From NCBI GenBank assembly GCA_036630325.1, contig CP142727.1, forward strand, positions 62,001 to 126,000: a stretch of DNA of 64,000 nt. Direction: 5' to 3'. How positions within the stretch are numbered: the first letter of the stretch is position 1; each line of letters begins with the position of its first letter. The stretch is from Vairimorpha necatrix (Eukaryota). The position numbers were made by a program, and so were the translations under genes. Positions 10,995-22,885 of the stretch are shown piece after piece. A model generated the notes under the pieces. It was given only the letters and a program-made list of their open reading frames with translations. It searched no databases and was not told the origin of the DNA.

Positions 10995-11677
10995 AAGAAG
11001 GGGAGGGAATTAAAAAAAAAGACATTCTATAAACATTTTATATAAAGATATATTAGAAAGGGATACAACAAAAGACAAGAGAAAACAATGTTATTAATAG
11101 AATAAAGCTTCTGTAAGTCAAATATCCAGTAAACTTATAATTGTATAAATCTCTATGGGTAAAATAGAGAAAAATTTCGAATTCAAACTCAAGGCGCACT
11201 GAGGAAAATGTGAAGTAAAATTAAAGATTAATCAAGTACATAATAATTATATTTACCTAATTTATTAAACTGTCTATTAGTGCATCATTCTCAAATATGA
11301 AAAATATAAACTATATATAAAAACACACAAGAATATATAAAAAAATAAACATAAAATACCTAAATCTGAATATATAAAATTTTCAAACTTTTTTGAATAA
11401 AAAAATTAGACTTTTTATTTGTTGTCGTATCAACAAAATGTAAAAAAAACACAGAGAATATTTGTCTTCATAAAGATAATTAAATTCAAATGTAAAAAAT
11501 AATTAATTTTTTTTAGTTTTTTTTAGTTTTATTTGTTTTTTAATTATAAAATATGACGTAATCTAATAAACAAACAAACATTCACTCACATTCATATCTA
11601 TTCCTCTTTTATTTTCTCATTTCTTACTTTTCTTATATTTTTTTTTAACTATAAATTAATTTTCTCTTTAACCCCAT

Positions 11678-12259
11678 ATGTTATTCTTCCTATTATACAT
11701 TTCTAATATTCTAACACAAAACAATTGTTATACTCACGGTAGCTCAACCAATAATGCAAGTTCTTACAGTGGCGGAAATGATGGTCCACTTGTAATATAC
11801 TTAAAAGATGGTAGTGTATATGAATTTGATAAAGCTAATATTGTGAAAGTCACAGATGGTAGAAATGGGTTTGTACTACATTTAGATGACGGGTCTAGGC
11901 TTAATGTATCAGACAATAATGTGTCTGTAAGACCTTCTCCAAATCAGGATTATAGTGTTAATAACGTACAGAAGGTTAGAGAGCAAGGAGATAACTTAAT
12001 CTTAGATCTTAAGAATGGAGATACTATGTTAGTAAACTCTCCTGCTGGGTATGTTGATAATGGGAATGGGAGTGTAGATATAAAGACAAATGAGAATACA
12101 GAACTTACTACAGAGCCTAATAATGAGAAAGGGAATGTAGAAGACGACGGGGAAGATGAGGAGGATGAAGATGACGATGATAGTTCGTCTAGTAGTGCGT
12201 TGACAAGTGTGTATGCTACCTTTTTGATTGGGTTTGTAAGTTTGTGTATGGCTATGTAA
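11678..12259 (+). CDS. Secreted, probably GPI-anchored surface/spore-wall protein of unknown family
   Basis: N-terminal signal peptide, acidic linker, Ser run, C-terminal hydrophobic tail (SSSA-LTSVYATFLIGFVSLCMAM). CCCC precedes the ATG. Confidence 0.75.
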   Translation: MLFFLLYISNILTQNNCYTHGSSTNNASSYSGGNDGPLVIYLKDGSVYEFDKANIVKVTDGRNGFVLHLDDGSRLNVSDNNVSVRPSPNQDYSVNNVQKVREQGDNLILDLKNGDTMLVNSPAGYVDNGNGSVDIKTNENTELTTEPNNEKGNVEDDGEDEEDEDDDDSSSSSALTSVYATFLIGFVSLCMAM

Positions 12260-13127
12260 ATAAACTGATACAAAAGAAATTTACATGTTATTTTATATGT
12301 TATTTCAAGAATTTAAAATATTTTTCTTTTATTTTTTAAAGATTTTAAAATTTTATTGGTAAAAAGTCATAAGGTAGTAGGTTGATAAAAAATTCACCTA
12401 ATATTCTCTTGGCCTATAAGCTAGCCAAGCAAGATATCTCATAAGCTTAATGTTAAAACTTCATATTCTTATTTGTATTTTGCGTGGTCATGGAATAAGC
12501 CATATCATACATTAATGTGCATTATTTTGCTTTTACTTAACAATTAAGGCCTTGTTTATTTTAAAAGGGCGTAATTCAAGTAGGTCTAAATATAATTGTT
12601 AATATGTCTCCTATTTATGTATTTTTTAATTGTATTCTATTTACACTGCATTTTTGTCATAAAATGAGGCATAAGAACACTTTATTGGGGATGTAGTAAC
12701 ATTACATGATAGATTTGTATGTAATGATACATAATACAAATGCTGTATCAATTAAATTTAAGTGCTTAACATTACATAAATAATTTTGATTCATTTCTAA
12801 AAATACATTTTCCATTTTACCCACAGACAAGCTTAGGTAAAAATCAATGAAGTTTCTATTTTCCATATATATGAACATTATCAAAATGTTGTGGAGGTAT
12901 ACCCCGTAGAGTGCTATTTACAAACAGGCCGCCTTCGTGGCAATAAACCAAGGCAATTTGTCATTATGTTTTTTTTTCTCACATGCTCCGTGAGTTTTGT
13001 TTTTTATTCATGCTAAGGGTAAAAATAAATTTAAATTTATTCAATTTTATAAATACAATTTTATAAAACATAAATACAATTTTATAAAATACAAATTTTT
13101 TAAACATAAATATTTATTACAAATTCC

Positions 13128-14252
13128 TTAATTCCATTCACTAAATATCGAGGCATAAAGTGCTTGTATTGCTTTAAATCTCACTTCATCATTTTCACTC
13201 TTAGTTAGTTCATACAGCACATCATTAACTTGATGTTTATTAATCAACCTTGTAATATTCGGACTTCCTTTAATTATCATATAAATATCATTACAAGCCA
13301 AACACACCCACTCATTATTATTAGACTTCAAATATTTCTTCAATATCTTTATTATATCGACTATATTCTTATTTATATGATCCATATTAGTATTCCAGAA
13401 TACTTCATCATAATGATAATCATGATCTTCAAGTATTCCTCTAAATAAATCTTCAGTATATTTCTCTATTGAATATTCAGCATGTTTCTTCTCTAAAACT
13501 TCTTTAGAGATTTTCAGATTATTTCTTAGATCTTCGTCACTGATGTTTAAATCACAGAGTGTTAAAGTAATCTTTCTTAATTCGTATATTTGATTTATAC
13601 TCAAGTTTGTATATTTCAGGATATTTACTAGTACAGAATAAGATATTCTTAATATTTTCTCTCTACTTTTATCTTTTAAAATACATATAATCTTCTTCAA
13701 GAAAATATCTCTTAATTTGTCAATATATTCCCGATTAAAAGATAATACATATAATATTAGTAAGATATTATACTGTACTTCTTTAATAAAGATCAAGTCA
13801 TCAAGTATTTTCACTATATTTTCGTCATTTATTATTAGAGATTTCCTCTTCTCCAGGTCATAATTCATATTAAGCTTCCCTGATATAAAAATGACAAATA
13901 AGCTCAATAATTCATTTTTCTCTTCGTAATTTGAGTCTTCTTTGAGCATGTACTTAAAAAAGACCAAGTATTCTTTCCTGTGTTCTTGGTTTTTATATAA
14001 ATCAGTCAAGAGACTGAAAGATTTATAAGAAATGTAAGTATCTCTATTTTTTAAAAGAGAAATAAGAAGATCTTCAGGAATAATATGAGGATATTTGTAG
14101 AGAATGTAAGAAATTTGTTCTACAGAGGAATATTTTATGATTTGATGTATGTCATCATTTTGAAGAGCAGTTTCTATTTCTTCTATGAAATTTAAAGAGG
14201 TGTTCATTTGGGCAGTAAATTTAGACTCAGCAGATTTGAGAAAAATGGCCAT
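13128..14252 (-). CDS. VMA13: V-type proton ATPase subunit H
   Basis: VQYNILLILYVLSF, REKILRI, HYDEVFW, VCLACNDI and VRFKAIQAL match the subunit-H C-domain. CCCCC is upstream. Confidence 0.9.
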   Translation of the reverse strand: MAIFLKSAESKFTAQMNTSLNFIEEIETALQNDDIHQIIKYSSVEQISYILYKYPHIIPEDLLISLLKNRDTYISYKSFSLLTDLYKNQEHRKEYLVFFKYMLKEDSNYEEKNELLSLFVIFISGKLNMNYDLEKRKSLIINDENIVKILDDLIFIKEVQYNILLILYVLSFNREYIDKLRDIFLKKIICILKDKSREKILRISYSVLVNILKYTNLSINQIYELRKITLTLCDLNISDEDLRNNLKISKEVLEKKHAEYSIEKYTEDLFRGILEDHDYHYDEVFWNTNMDHINKNIVDIIKILKKYLKSNNNEWVCLACNDIYMIIKGSPNITRLINKHQVNDVLYELTKSENDEVRFKAIQALYASIFSEWN

Positions 14253-14380
14253 GAGATTTTAAGGGGGAATAAAACAAGAAGATTTAAGAGAAATCTCCTT
14301 TATGAAACAAATGTAAGAGAGACCAATAATCAAAATTAAAAACATGACATATCATAAAAAATTCTATAACATATATGATA

Positions 14381-14462
14381 ATCTTATCTGATAGTGACAT
14401 ACAATCTTATTTAATAATGACATACAATCTTATATGATAGTGACATACAATCTTATTTGATG
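14381..14462. repeat. 23-bp tandem repeat x3.5 (ATCTTATNTGATAGTGACATACA) in the VMA13/bZIP divergent promoter
   Basis: Units start at 14381, 14404, 14427 and 14450. Confidence 0.85.
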
Positions 14463-14530
14463 TTTCCTTCTAAAATTAATTATATTTATTTTTTTTGAGT
14501 CCTTTTTCTTACCCCTCATTTTTCTTTCCT

Positions 14531-14767
14531 ATGGAAAACTACAAGAAATCTCAAGTAATTTTAAGAAATAGACTAGCAGCCAAGAAAAGCGCAGAAAAAA
14601 AGAAACAAGAACTTGAGAAATTGAGACATGAAAATGATTTCTTAAGACTCCAGAATAAATTATTACTACAGAAGATTTATAATCTAGAGAAATCCCCTTC
14701 ACTTCCTACATTTGAACAAGTCCAATATTTATATGGACATAAGCTAAGGAAAGTGAGTTTGGGGTGA
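14531..14767 (+). CDS. Small bZIP transcription factor (78 aa)
   Basis: Basic region ILRNRLAAKKSAEKKK followed by a leucine heptad (LEKLRHENDFLRLQNKLLLQKIYNL). The ATG is at 14531. Confidence 0.85.
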   Translation: MENYKKSQVILRNRLAAKKSAEKKKQELEKLRHENDFLRLQNKLLLQKIYNLEKSPSLPTFEQVQYLYGHKLRKVSLG

Positions 14768-14991
14768 ATGAGTATGAATATTCTGGGATGTTTTATTAAA
14801 ATGCTATATTTCAAAATATACAAAGAGTTTTATTATTTTTAATATAACTTAAATTTATTATATATACTTAATTTAGTTAAATTTAGTTAATATAACTTTA
14901 TTTGTAATATAACTTAAATTTACTTAAATTTTGTTTATATAAATTTAGTATGTTAAATTTACTTAATATAAATTTCTAATATAATTTATTT

Positions 14992-15885
14992 CTAGTAGAA
15001 ATTTTGCTTGGCATATTCTGATACATATGATGATACGAAGTTATACTTCTGTGTGTCATATTTCTTCTTTATATATTCATACTTAATGGGCTCTGCTATC
15101 ATTTGTATCATCTTATTAAAACACTCTCTTAATTCTTCTTTACTATGTCCAGAATATAAAGTAAACAGATTCTTACAAGTATCTTGCTGAGTAATCTTCC
15201 TGGCCAAATACATAGCCGAGGCCGCCTTTATAGAATTCTTATAAATTAATAAATCTTCATATAAAACACTCAATTCTAAAATATATTTAGCCACTGTCCT
15301 ACTCTTCTTCTCATAATTATTAGCTTTACTACACCTCCTTAAGAAATTTAGTGGGTTACTAAACAATATGTCATAATCTAATATATGTAACATAAACTTC
15401 TCAGCTTTCTTTATATCATCTTCAGTGATCTTATTATCACTAAGTACTACGAGATTATTCAAAGTTGGACAGATCACTTCTTCAAACTTACAAGCTATCA
15501 TTAAAGCACTTATTCCTACCAAATATAACTTATTTTTTGGTATATCTTTTTTAATTAAGAATTTATCAATAATAAATACAGTCAAGAAAAGTGTATCTTG
15601 AGCGAGATTAAGTCTATTGTGTACATAAATAATCCAGTCTATCATTTTACTTCTACTAGTAAATGATATCTCATTGTTTTTATATTTGTAACTTCTGTCT
15701 AGATTTTTATAAAATAAAAAGATGTCTAGATCGTATTTGTGGACCATACAAATCTCCTGTTTCTCATGTGCTAAATGAGATTTGTAAATAATAAGCTCAT
15801 CATTAGAAAGATTTTGAGATGACTTGTCTTTTGAAATATTTGTGATATTTTTTAGTGGAGCAGATTTTTTAAAAAGGTTAGACAT
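14992..15885 (-). CDS. B-type (G2/M) cyclin
   Basis: Cyclin box RSKMIDWI...LVGISALMIACKFEE, AEKFML, NPLNFLRRCSKA and a degenerate D-box APLKNITN. Confidence 0.9.
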   Translation of the reverse strand: MSNLFKKSAPLKNITNISKDKSSQNLSNDELIIYKSHLAHEKQEICMVHKYDLDIFLFYKNLDRSYKYKNNEISFTSRSKMIDWIIYVHNRLNLAQDTLFLTVFIIDKFLIKKDIPKNKLYLVGISALMIACKFEEVICPTLNNLVVLSDNKITEDDIKKAEKFMLHILDYDILFSNPLNFLRRCSKANNYEKKSRTVAKYILELSVLYEDLLIYKNSIKAASAMYLARKITQQDTCKNLFTLYSGHSKEELRECFNKMIQMIAEPIKYEYIKKKYDTQKYNFVSSYVSEYAKQNFY

Positions 15886-16193
15886 CTAATAAGGACAATA
15901 ATTTCATAAGAAAATTTATATAAAAACATAGAATGCCTGCTTGATTATAATAAGATTAAATTGATAAAAAGATATTTATTCTTTGAATATTTGTTTATGT
16001 AAACAAAAATAAAAAGAAAACAAACTAAAAGACAATATATTTTATAATAATGTTATAGTTTAGACTTTTACAAGAAAACAAATTTTCGACACAAACTAAA
16101 TTAGAAACTATGAGATGAGTTTTTAAATGTGGTAACCCGTGTTATATGAGAAATTAATGCTTAAAAATAATAAACATAGAAACTCATTTTTAT

Positions 16194-16865
16194 TTATAGG
16201 ATGATTTGAAGAGGGCCCTTGTCCTCCTCAGATATAAAAAGAGTACATTCTTTCAGGACTCCTTCTAGCTTACTCTTCATATGCTTGAGTGTCATTCTCT
16301 CGCTATTAGAGTGCTCTAATAATATTACTATATTATTCTTCCTTAAGGAGTGTAAAATACAGTGATGAGCCATCTCTCCTGTGATAATCAGAGAGTCAAC
16401 ATGATCATGATACTTGAAGGCAGACCCAACAACCACTACTAATTTAGAGAACTTATCTGTATTCTTCGCTATCCTCAAATATTCCATATTTCCTTCTCTT
16501 TTAAGTGTCTCTATAACTTCCTGTAGACTCAGGCCTTTTAATAATTCAAAAAGATACTCATTCATCTCCCTGTCCCATGAAGTATGGGGAGAAAAGACAT
16601 TTATATCATTCTGAATACATCTCAATAATAAATCATCTCTCTGTATCTTCTTTATACCTGAGAAGATAAGAGGATGATAACTTATAATATGCTTTATATT
16701 CTTCCTTATACATTCATCTATAACTAAATCAGAGATATCTACAGTAAGGAGAACATTTGAGGACAGAGAGCCAGTGTCTACAAGTACGCCAATATTGTCC
16801 CAGTCTAGTCCCTCAGAGAGAGGGAAGATCTGGGCGACTCTGTCTTGTAAATCATGAATATTCAT
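16194..16865 (-). CDS. NIF3: NIF3/YbgI-family protein
   Basis: WDNIGVLV, ISYHPLIF, SPHTSWD, ITGEMAHH and HSNSER. CCC is upstream. Confidence 0.93.
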   Translation of the reverse strand: MNIHDLQDRVAQIFPLSEGLDWDNIGVLVDTGSLSSNVLLTVDISDLVIDECIRKNIKHIISYHPLIFSGIKKIQRDDLLLRCIQNDINVFSPHTSWDREMNEYLFELLKGLSLQEVIETLKREGNMEYLRIAKNTDKFSKLVVVVGSAFKYHDHVDSLIITGEMAHHCILHSLRKNNIVILLEHSNSERMTLKHMKSKLEGVLKECTLFISEEDKGPLQIIL

Positions 16866-16889
16866 AAAAGGGCAAATTTATACCCCAGG

Positions 16890-17081
16890 ATGAAGATAAT
16901 ATTTCTACTAATAGTGCCAATATACTTGACATTGATAATCATTCATTGTATCCATAAGATTATACCAAAATGGATCATGTATATTCCTCTGTATGGACTG
17001 AGCTTCTACTTGTACTACATAATATTCTCTGCCTTGATTGTGTTTATAAGAAACAACAAAATTAAGCAAACATCTCAATAG
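16890..17081 (+). CDS. Small two-TM protein, possibly PIG-P/Gpi19-like GPI-GlcNAc transferase subunit
   Basis: The ATG at 16890 follows CCCCAGG. Two hydrophobic helices; IIPKWIMYIPLY resembles the PIG-P P-x-K-Y-W-xxx-P-x-Y pattern. Confidence 0.5.
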   Translation: MKIIFLLIVPIYLTLIIIHCIHKIIPKWIMYIPLYGLSFYLYYIIFSALIVFIRNNKIKQTSQ

Positions 17082-18354
17082 TATAGTCTAACAAAAGGAT
17101 ACGGACATAAAAACATATTTATGTAGGGACATTCATCATTGTACTAATACCACACTATTAAGATGTTTGTATTTAGTAGTTTATTACTTCTAAGGTAACA
17201 AAATAATATTTAAAGGTCAAAATTTCAATTTTTTAGTACTGCTTAAAGCACCACTAAATAATAATAGGCTTGTTATAATTAAAATTCAATAATAAATCAG
17301 ATCTGCTATGTTTCTTAATAATATGACAATATAAATGGAATAATCTATACGAATATCTAGTAAAATTACATCTATAAACTTAATACACTTGCATACCATG
17401 TCATCGAAAAAATAAGCCATAGGTATATCTTGTGTTAAATAATACCCTTCGGTATAATTTGGATTCATGTTAATTTTATATTTATCTTGGTGTATAAATA
17501 AACTCAAATATTTTTTATGATTTTACAAATTTATATTTTTATGCGGAAAAAATTTATTTATACTTTTTGAGTAGAGTTTGTTTGTATAAACAAACAAACA
17601 AATTATGCAAAAAAAATAATAACTTTAAAAATAGAATTTTTGGTCCTTAATAAATTATTAAGCAATAGTAAATTTCTTCGTTAAAATATCTATTCGCCAA
17701 TATTATTTCGCTGTTGTTACAATATTTAATATAAAAATTATTTACTCGCTTTTTATCGTATAGGTACTATATTATATTCTTTTTTATTTGGAAAAGAGGA
17801 ACTAAACATTGATTATATTTATGTCTGATCCTCGTCTACCTGTATATGAGAATATTAGTCACTTAAATACTCTCCATATATATATGGTCGACGTACCAAG
17901 CTCTGTGTATTTTCTTGCTGTTTGTAGAGTATTGTCCATCTATCCTTAACAGCGCACCAAAATGATATTACCCTGAAAACGCTTTAGATCAAAGTTGTAA
18001 TGCACGAAAACAGACATTTTATTGTACCCACATGTTTCATGAACGATATTCTTACTATAAAATTACTTATAACTGTCCAAAGAAAAATTTGATTTAAATA
18101 ATGCATTAAATTATAATAAAAGTTTATAAATAGTTAACTTGTTTAAAAATAAAACCATTTACAACACTAGATTGATTATTTTCGCGCATAGTACGCGACA
18201 GAAATTTTTAATTGATTTTTCAATTTTTAAAAAGTGTTTTTTGGAATTATACAAACCACATATACATATATATATACACATATATGTATATTGATTGTTC
18301 ATAATTTTTATAGCTAATTTTAATTTTAGAAGCTACTGACCCCCAAATAAAATT

Positions 18355-18426
18355 AATGCTCGCTGAGATCTGATCCCAAGACCTCTAAAGTAGTAAACGA
18401 GCATATTAACCACTGTGCCAATTTAG
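18355..18426 (-). other. Degenerate tRNA-like Pol III head (possible old SINE fragment)
   Basis: The minus strand reads TGGCACAGTGGTTAA (A-box-like) ... GAGGTCTTGGGATCAGATCTC (decayed B box) with tRNA spacing. There is no intact cloverleaf. Confidence 0.35.
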
Positions 18427-18479
18427 TTACAATAATAATTTGCATTTATTTATAGTATGGCTCATCATTTAAGAAAGAT

Positions 18480-19650
18480 TTCCTTTTTACGAAAATGAAA
18501 GAAGTAAAAGGCCAAGTTGTGTATGATCGGCTTGTCCAAATTATTAAAGTAGACGAAATTAACCTTGAATGAGACAAACATTAAAATACAGGCTAAAGAA
18601 GAAATCCCTAGGTTTTATTCTTGTGTATAATATTCCTTTCTTGAAAGATGTGGGAGGCAGGAACAAACGACATTTCTGGGTACCATGGTCCAAGCTACGA
18701 AAATAGAGGCCAAAGACTTCAACATTCAGCGTTTTTTGGCGAGAACCACCTCTACGCTAAGTGTAAAAACCAGTGATTTAGTATACCTAGGTGTATTGTA
18801 AGGGAGGTTTGCAGTGAATTAAATATACGCATGCAAGCATAACCACCCAAAACAAAAGAAAAGTTTAAGCACATTGTCGTAAAAAACAGTTAAAAAGATT
18901 TATTATTGGCCTTGTTGATATGAGGTCTTGTAGATTTAAAATTTTTGGTTTTAGTGATACTTACAGCAATAGATGTATTTTTTAGGTATGCTTCGAGCTC
19001 TGCTTCGAAAGCCATACCCTTCGTTGAAGTCGTATCACAGTTAGAATATAAATATCTAACGTAGTTTTTCTTTATACTTAGATTTGACAACGGAAAAGAG
19101 TAAAAAATGATACTATAATTTTTTTTTGCAAATAAAGCAAAATTTTGCTTATATATGGCAGGCTTCTTTATTCCCAGAGTCAAAGACAAGTCGAGAGTTT
19201 AAATTAAACCCTTACTTGTTATTTGGAAAAAACATCTATGAGAAAAAGATTATAACAAGTAGAACTGACTAAAAGTGATAAATTAAGTTTCATATGCTTT
19301 AACACCGCTGTATACTCTGCTAAAAAAAATATCCTTTCAATGTATGGTACGGAAGCCTCGGATACAATACATGTCTGAGAGATAATGATGAATATGATTT
19401 TTATAATGAGGATGAAACAATTCTAAACACAATTGCGGCAAGAAATGCAGTCGTATAGTTAAAAATACTTGTCTAGAATGGACAGAAAATGTGTTCATAA
19501 TTCTATCAATGATTATTCTATGGGAGATTTAATGGTCGTAAAAAAAGATTTTGTACACTTACATTAAAACAAAAAAACTAAAATTTAAATCTATTAATAG
19601 TAAGGCAAGGAAAATAATAGAAATTTTAATAAATAATGATTAAGGTTAAC
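18480..19650 (+). pseudogene. Decayed rve-type DDE integrase (KRBA2/Ginger-like) transposon relic
   Basis: Fragmented frames give LVDMR, ILTAIDVFFRYA, LRFDNGKE and GRLLYSQSQRQVESLN*TL (cf. GRPRHPQSQGQVERFNQTL). There are many stops and frameshifts; boundaries are approximate. Confidence 0.75.
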
Positions 19651-22298
19651 ATACGACAGTAATGAAAAAATAATATCAGTGAATTGGGTTAAAAAAACAA
19701 AAATTGAGCCTTTAAAAAAGTTTTAAATTTTGTTTGATTTTAAATTTTGGTTTTTTATGATTTTGATTATTATATCTTACACATTAAAAACTGCATTTAA
19801 TGCTTTATTATAAGGAATTTATTGTTTTTGAACAAATAATGTATCTGTGTAATAAATATAAGAAAATGCATTTTTTTATAATCATCAATTTTCATAATAT
19901 ATACGTTGTGCGATCCTCTATAGAATAAAATGGGGAAATTATTAATACCAACGTACTAGCAAAATATAATGTCTCAAAAAAAATCTTCGTAACTATTGAT
20001 TTAACGGGCATCGGAAAAAATTATAGATTAGTTATAGTCATTAACTTAAGCCAAAATGAATTTCTCTAACTTGAATTTATTCGTTTTTTCCTAAAACTTT
20101 GTATATAAACCAGACATCATATTTTCAGATTTTTGTTTTTTAATTTATTTTCCAAGATAATTAATACTCGAGGTTAAAGGTAATATGTGAGAAAAAAATT
20201 GCATTTGTTTATTTATAAAATCCTTTATTATTTATTTAGTGTTTATATAAATATTTATAAATTGAAGTTTAATTAAATTTTAAGAATCTGAAGCTAATCT
20301 AGAAAAATCATTGAAGATAGAAAGCTAATAAAAGAACATTATAACAAATGCTTACAGACATTGCACGCATAAATTTTTTAAAAATAATGTTTTATACATA
20401 TACATTAGTAGTTAAGTAATCTTTAGATCGTAGCTTTTTGTTAAAATCAATGCGCTAATTAAAAGCACAATGAACTTGTCACAATTTGGGAACCACTATT
20501 TTTAATATAAAATTTTAATTCATGTAATTATGTTTATAATGTAAAAGAGCGTTAGTAAAGTGCTACTATAAAAATAAGATCTTTTTGTATATAATCTTGG
20601 AAAAATACATTTTAAACCCCGAATAAACAATTAAATTAAACATAACTCATGATTTTGAACTTTTTTTTACAAAAACTTCCGGGCGCGCGACAATTATTAA
20701 AAAAAATTTTATAATAATTTTTTAAAGACCTATAATTAACCTGCCCTGTGATGTTTATTCATCTGATTTTTAGGGCGTATTTTTAGTAAGAGTATTACAA
20801 TATATCAAATCTGCATAATTAATTATAAACATTTCATAATTCGTGGGATGTAATCGGTTGCAATAATACCAATTTGCGGTATAATATGCAGTTTAGATAA
20901 AGAGTTTGTAGTTTGAAAAAAATGATCATTGTGTTGATATAGAAAAACCATATTCTTTCTCTACAAACGAGATCTGTTTTCTTACATTAAAAATGTTGGA
21001 TTTTTTTAACAAAAAAATTTTCAACGTAAAATATCTAATAGACATACTTGTGTAAAAGGACGAGAGAGCATTTACTTCTAGACGAGGAGGCAGATAAAAT
21101 ACGAAATGAATTGAATTCAGTGCTATTCATCATACGTAAATATTTTAATAGATAAAATCCCCTCCCTGCCTAGAAAATTTGAATGGTGTCCATCAGGTAC
21201 ATTTAACATTAGCGGAGTCGAGCAGAAAGGTCGATTTGACTTTTTCATATAAGTTTTATGTTCTAAGATAGCTTTTTATTAATAAGTGGTGGATAAGCTT
21301 AAAGATGTAAGTTGCGCAATGTGGCACTAAAAGGATGCGCATAGATGATGCAGATGGTATTAGAGGTCTTCTGCTAAAGTGAAATGATGTTTTTTTTTTG
21401 ATTAAAAACTTTCTGAATAAATGCTGTAAATATATAAACACGATATGAAAATAGATGCGAAATTTTCTTCCAAAGCCAGGCACGAATAGCAATGGAGAAA
21501 AAATAAGTTCGTCAGGTTTAACGTAGCAAGGGTTAGAAATCAGAATTCCCAAACAACAACCATATTTTTATCATAGTTTCAAGGTGTCGGAACCCTTAAA
21601 AAGTCTTCTACATATCTCTTAAGTCAAGAAAGTAAGCACGTGATTTGTTATAGCTTTTGTCAAAATAATCACAATAAACTCTAACATTTTTATTGTTAAA
21701 AACGAATAAGCACGTACAATGAGATCTTAAAAAATTCCATATAAATAAATTTGCATTTTAGGTAAATATGCTTCTAAGTTTTCGACTTAAATGTGTTGAT
21801 ACACTTATTTTACTATAAAACAATAAATAAATGAAAAATTAGTTGACTTAAAATATAACGTGTACATCTTATTTTAAATACAATAAAGAAATAAATAAGT
21901 AAAACATGATTTTTTCGTTAGAATTTCATTATTCCGACTCTTTACTTTAAATTATGGCTATAAACAAATCCTTAGCTATCATTTGTCTAATTAATATTTT
22001 ATTTTTTGACTTTTTTTGCCTTGACAAATATTTGTGAACTACGAGATAATAACAAAAGATAGTATCTATAAAAAATAGACATTTTACATTTTAAACTTGA
22101 TAAAAAAATGTGTACGACTAATAAAACATTAATAAAGGTACTTAGCTTTTACATATTCTATCTATATGCTTATTAGAAAAATTAGATCATTGAAAGATAT
22201 TTCGCAAAATCCGACTAAATTGTGGACTATATTATCATTGCGCAAAGGAATATATCAGTGTATTGAAGCCCAAAATAAATTTGAAAATCAAGATTGTT

Positions 22299-22885
22299 GG
22301 GAGTCTGACCGTTTGGAACGGCATAAAATTTTTTATTGATCCCCTAAAAAGGACAAAATTGGTAGGAATAAAATTTGTTAAAAAAAATTTTTAGTGTTGA
22401 AATAAATTAAAATCATTTTTTCTTACACATATGATATCATGGAATCGCCAAGTGCACTACTCATTCCTGGAGCTGTAGAAATACTACTATTCTTCTTGGG
22501 TAATACAAGACAATGCATTACTAATTCTATTGTGATCAGTGAAAAGCATATTCTGCCGCATTCAGACAGATCACCTGGATGAAACACGGGATTGTAAAAC
22601 TCTCACAAAATTTCGTAAACTCCGACGATTCTGAGACACAATACCAAACAAATTAAGGGATTTTGGTCTCTTTCTAAAATAAATATTGATCTAGACATGA
22701 AATAAATCAATCCGAACACTATAAGTACCTTTTGTAGTTCTTCTGGGCTTATCAAATATCGAAAAATAATGTTAGAAAGATCTTTTCTCTTTATTCAAAT
22801 CAAATAATTAGGTCTGTTAAAGGTGAATTTTTTATTTTTACACTCTTTTATTTTTTTCAATGTAGGCTTTAAACGACCAGACACC
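22299..22885 (+). mobile_element. Internally deleted, decayed Merlin (ISXO2/IS1016-like) DNA transposon
   Basis: Imperfect TIRs (GGAGTCTGACCGTTTG / TTTAAACGACCAGACACC). Internal relic DQ*KAY...NFVN...T.QI.GFWS. Confidence 0.6.

Noticed and set aside
12360..13020. Possible gene, ncRNA or TE relic between the GPI protein and VMA13
   Set aside because: There is a CCC-ATG on the minus strand, but the frame closes after 10 codons and no motif could be assigned with confidence.
20880..21600. Coding-like decayed sequence (ORF 21256-21552 and its opposite strand)
   Set aside because: Multiple stops and no recognisable domain. It may be a pseudogene but cannot be supported by eye.
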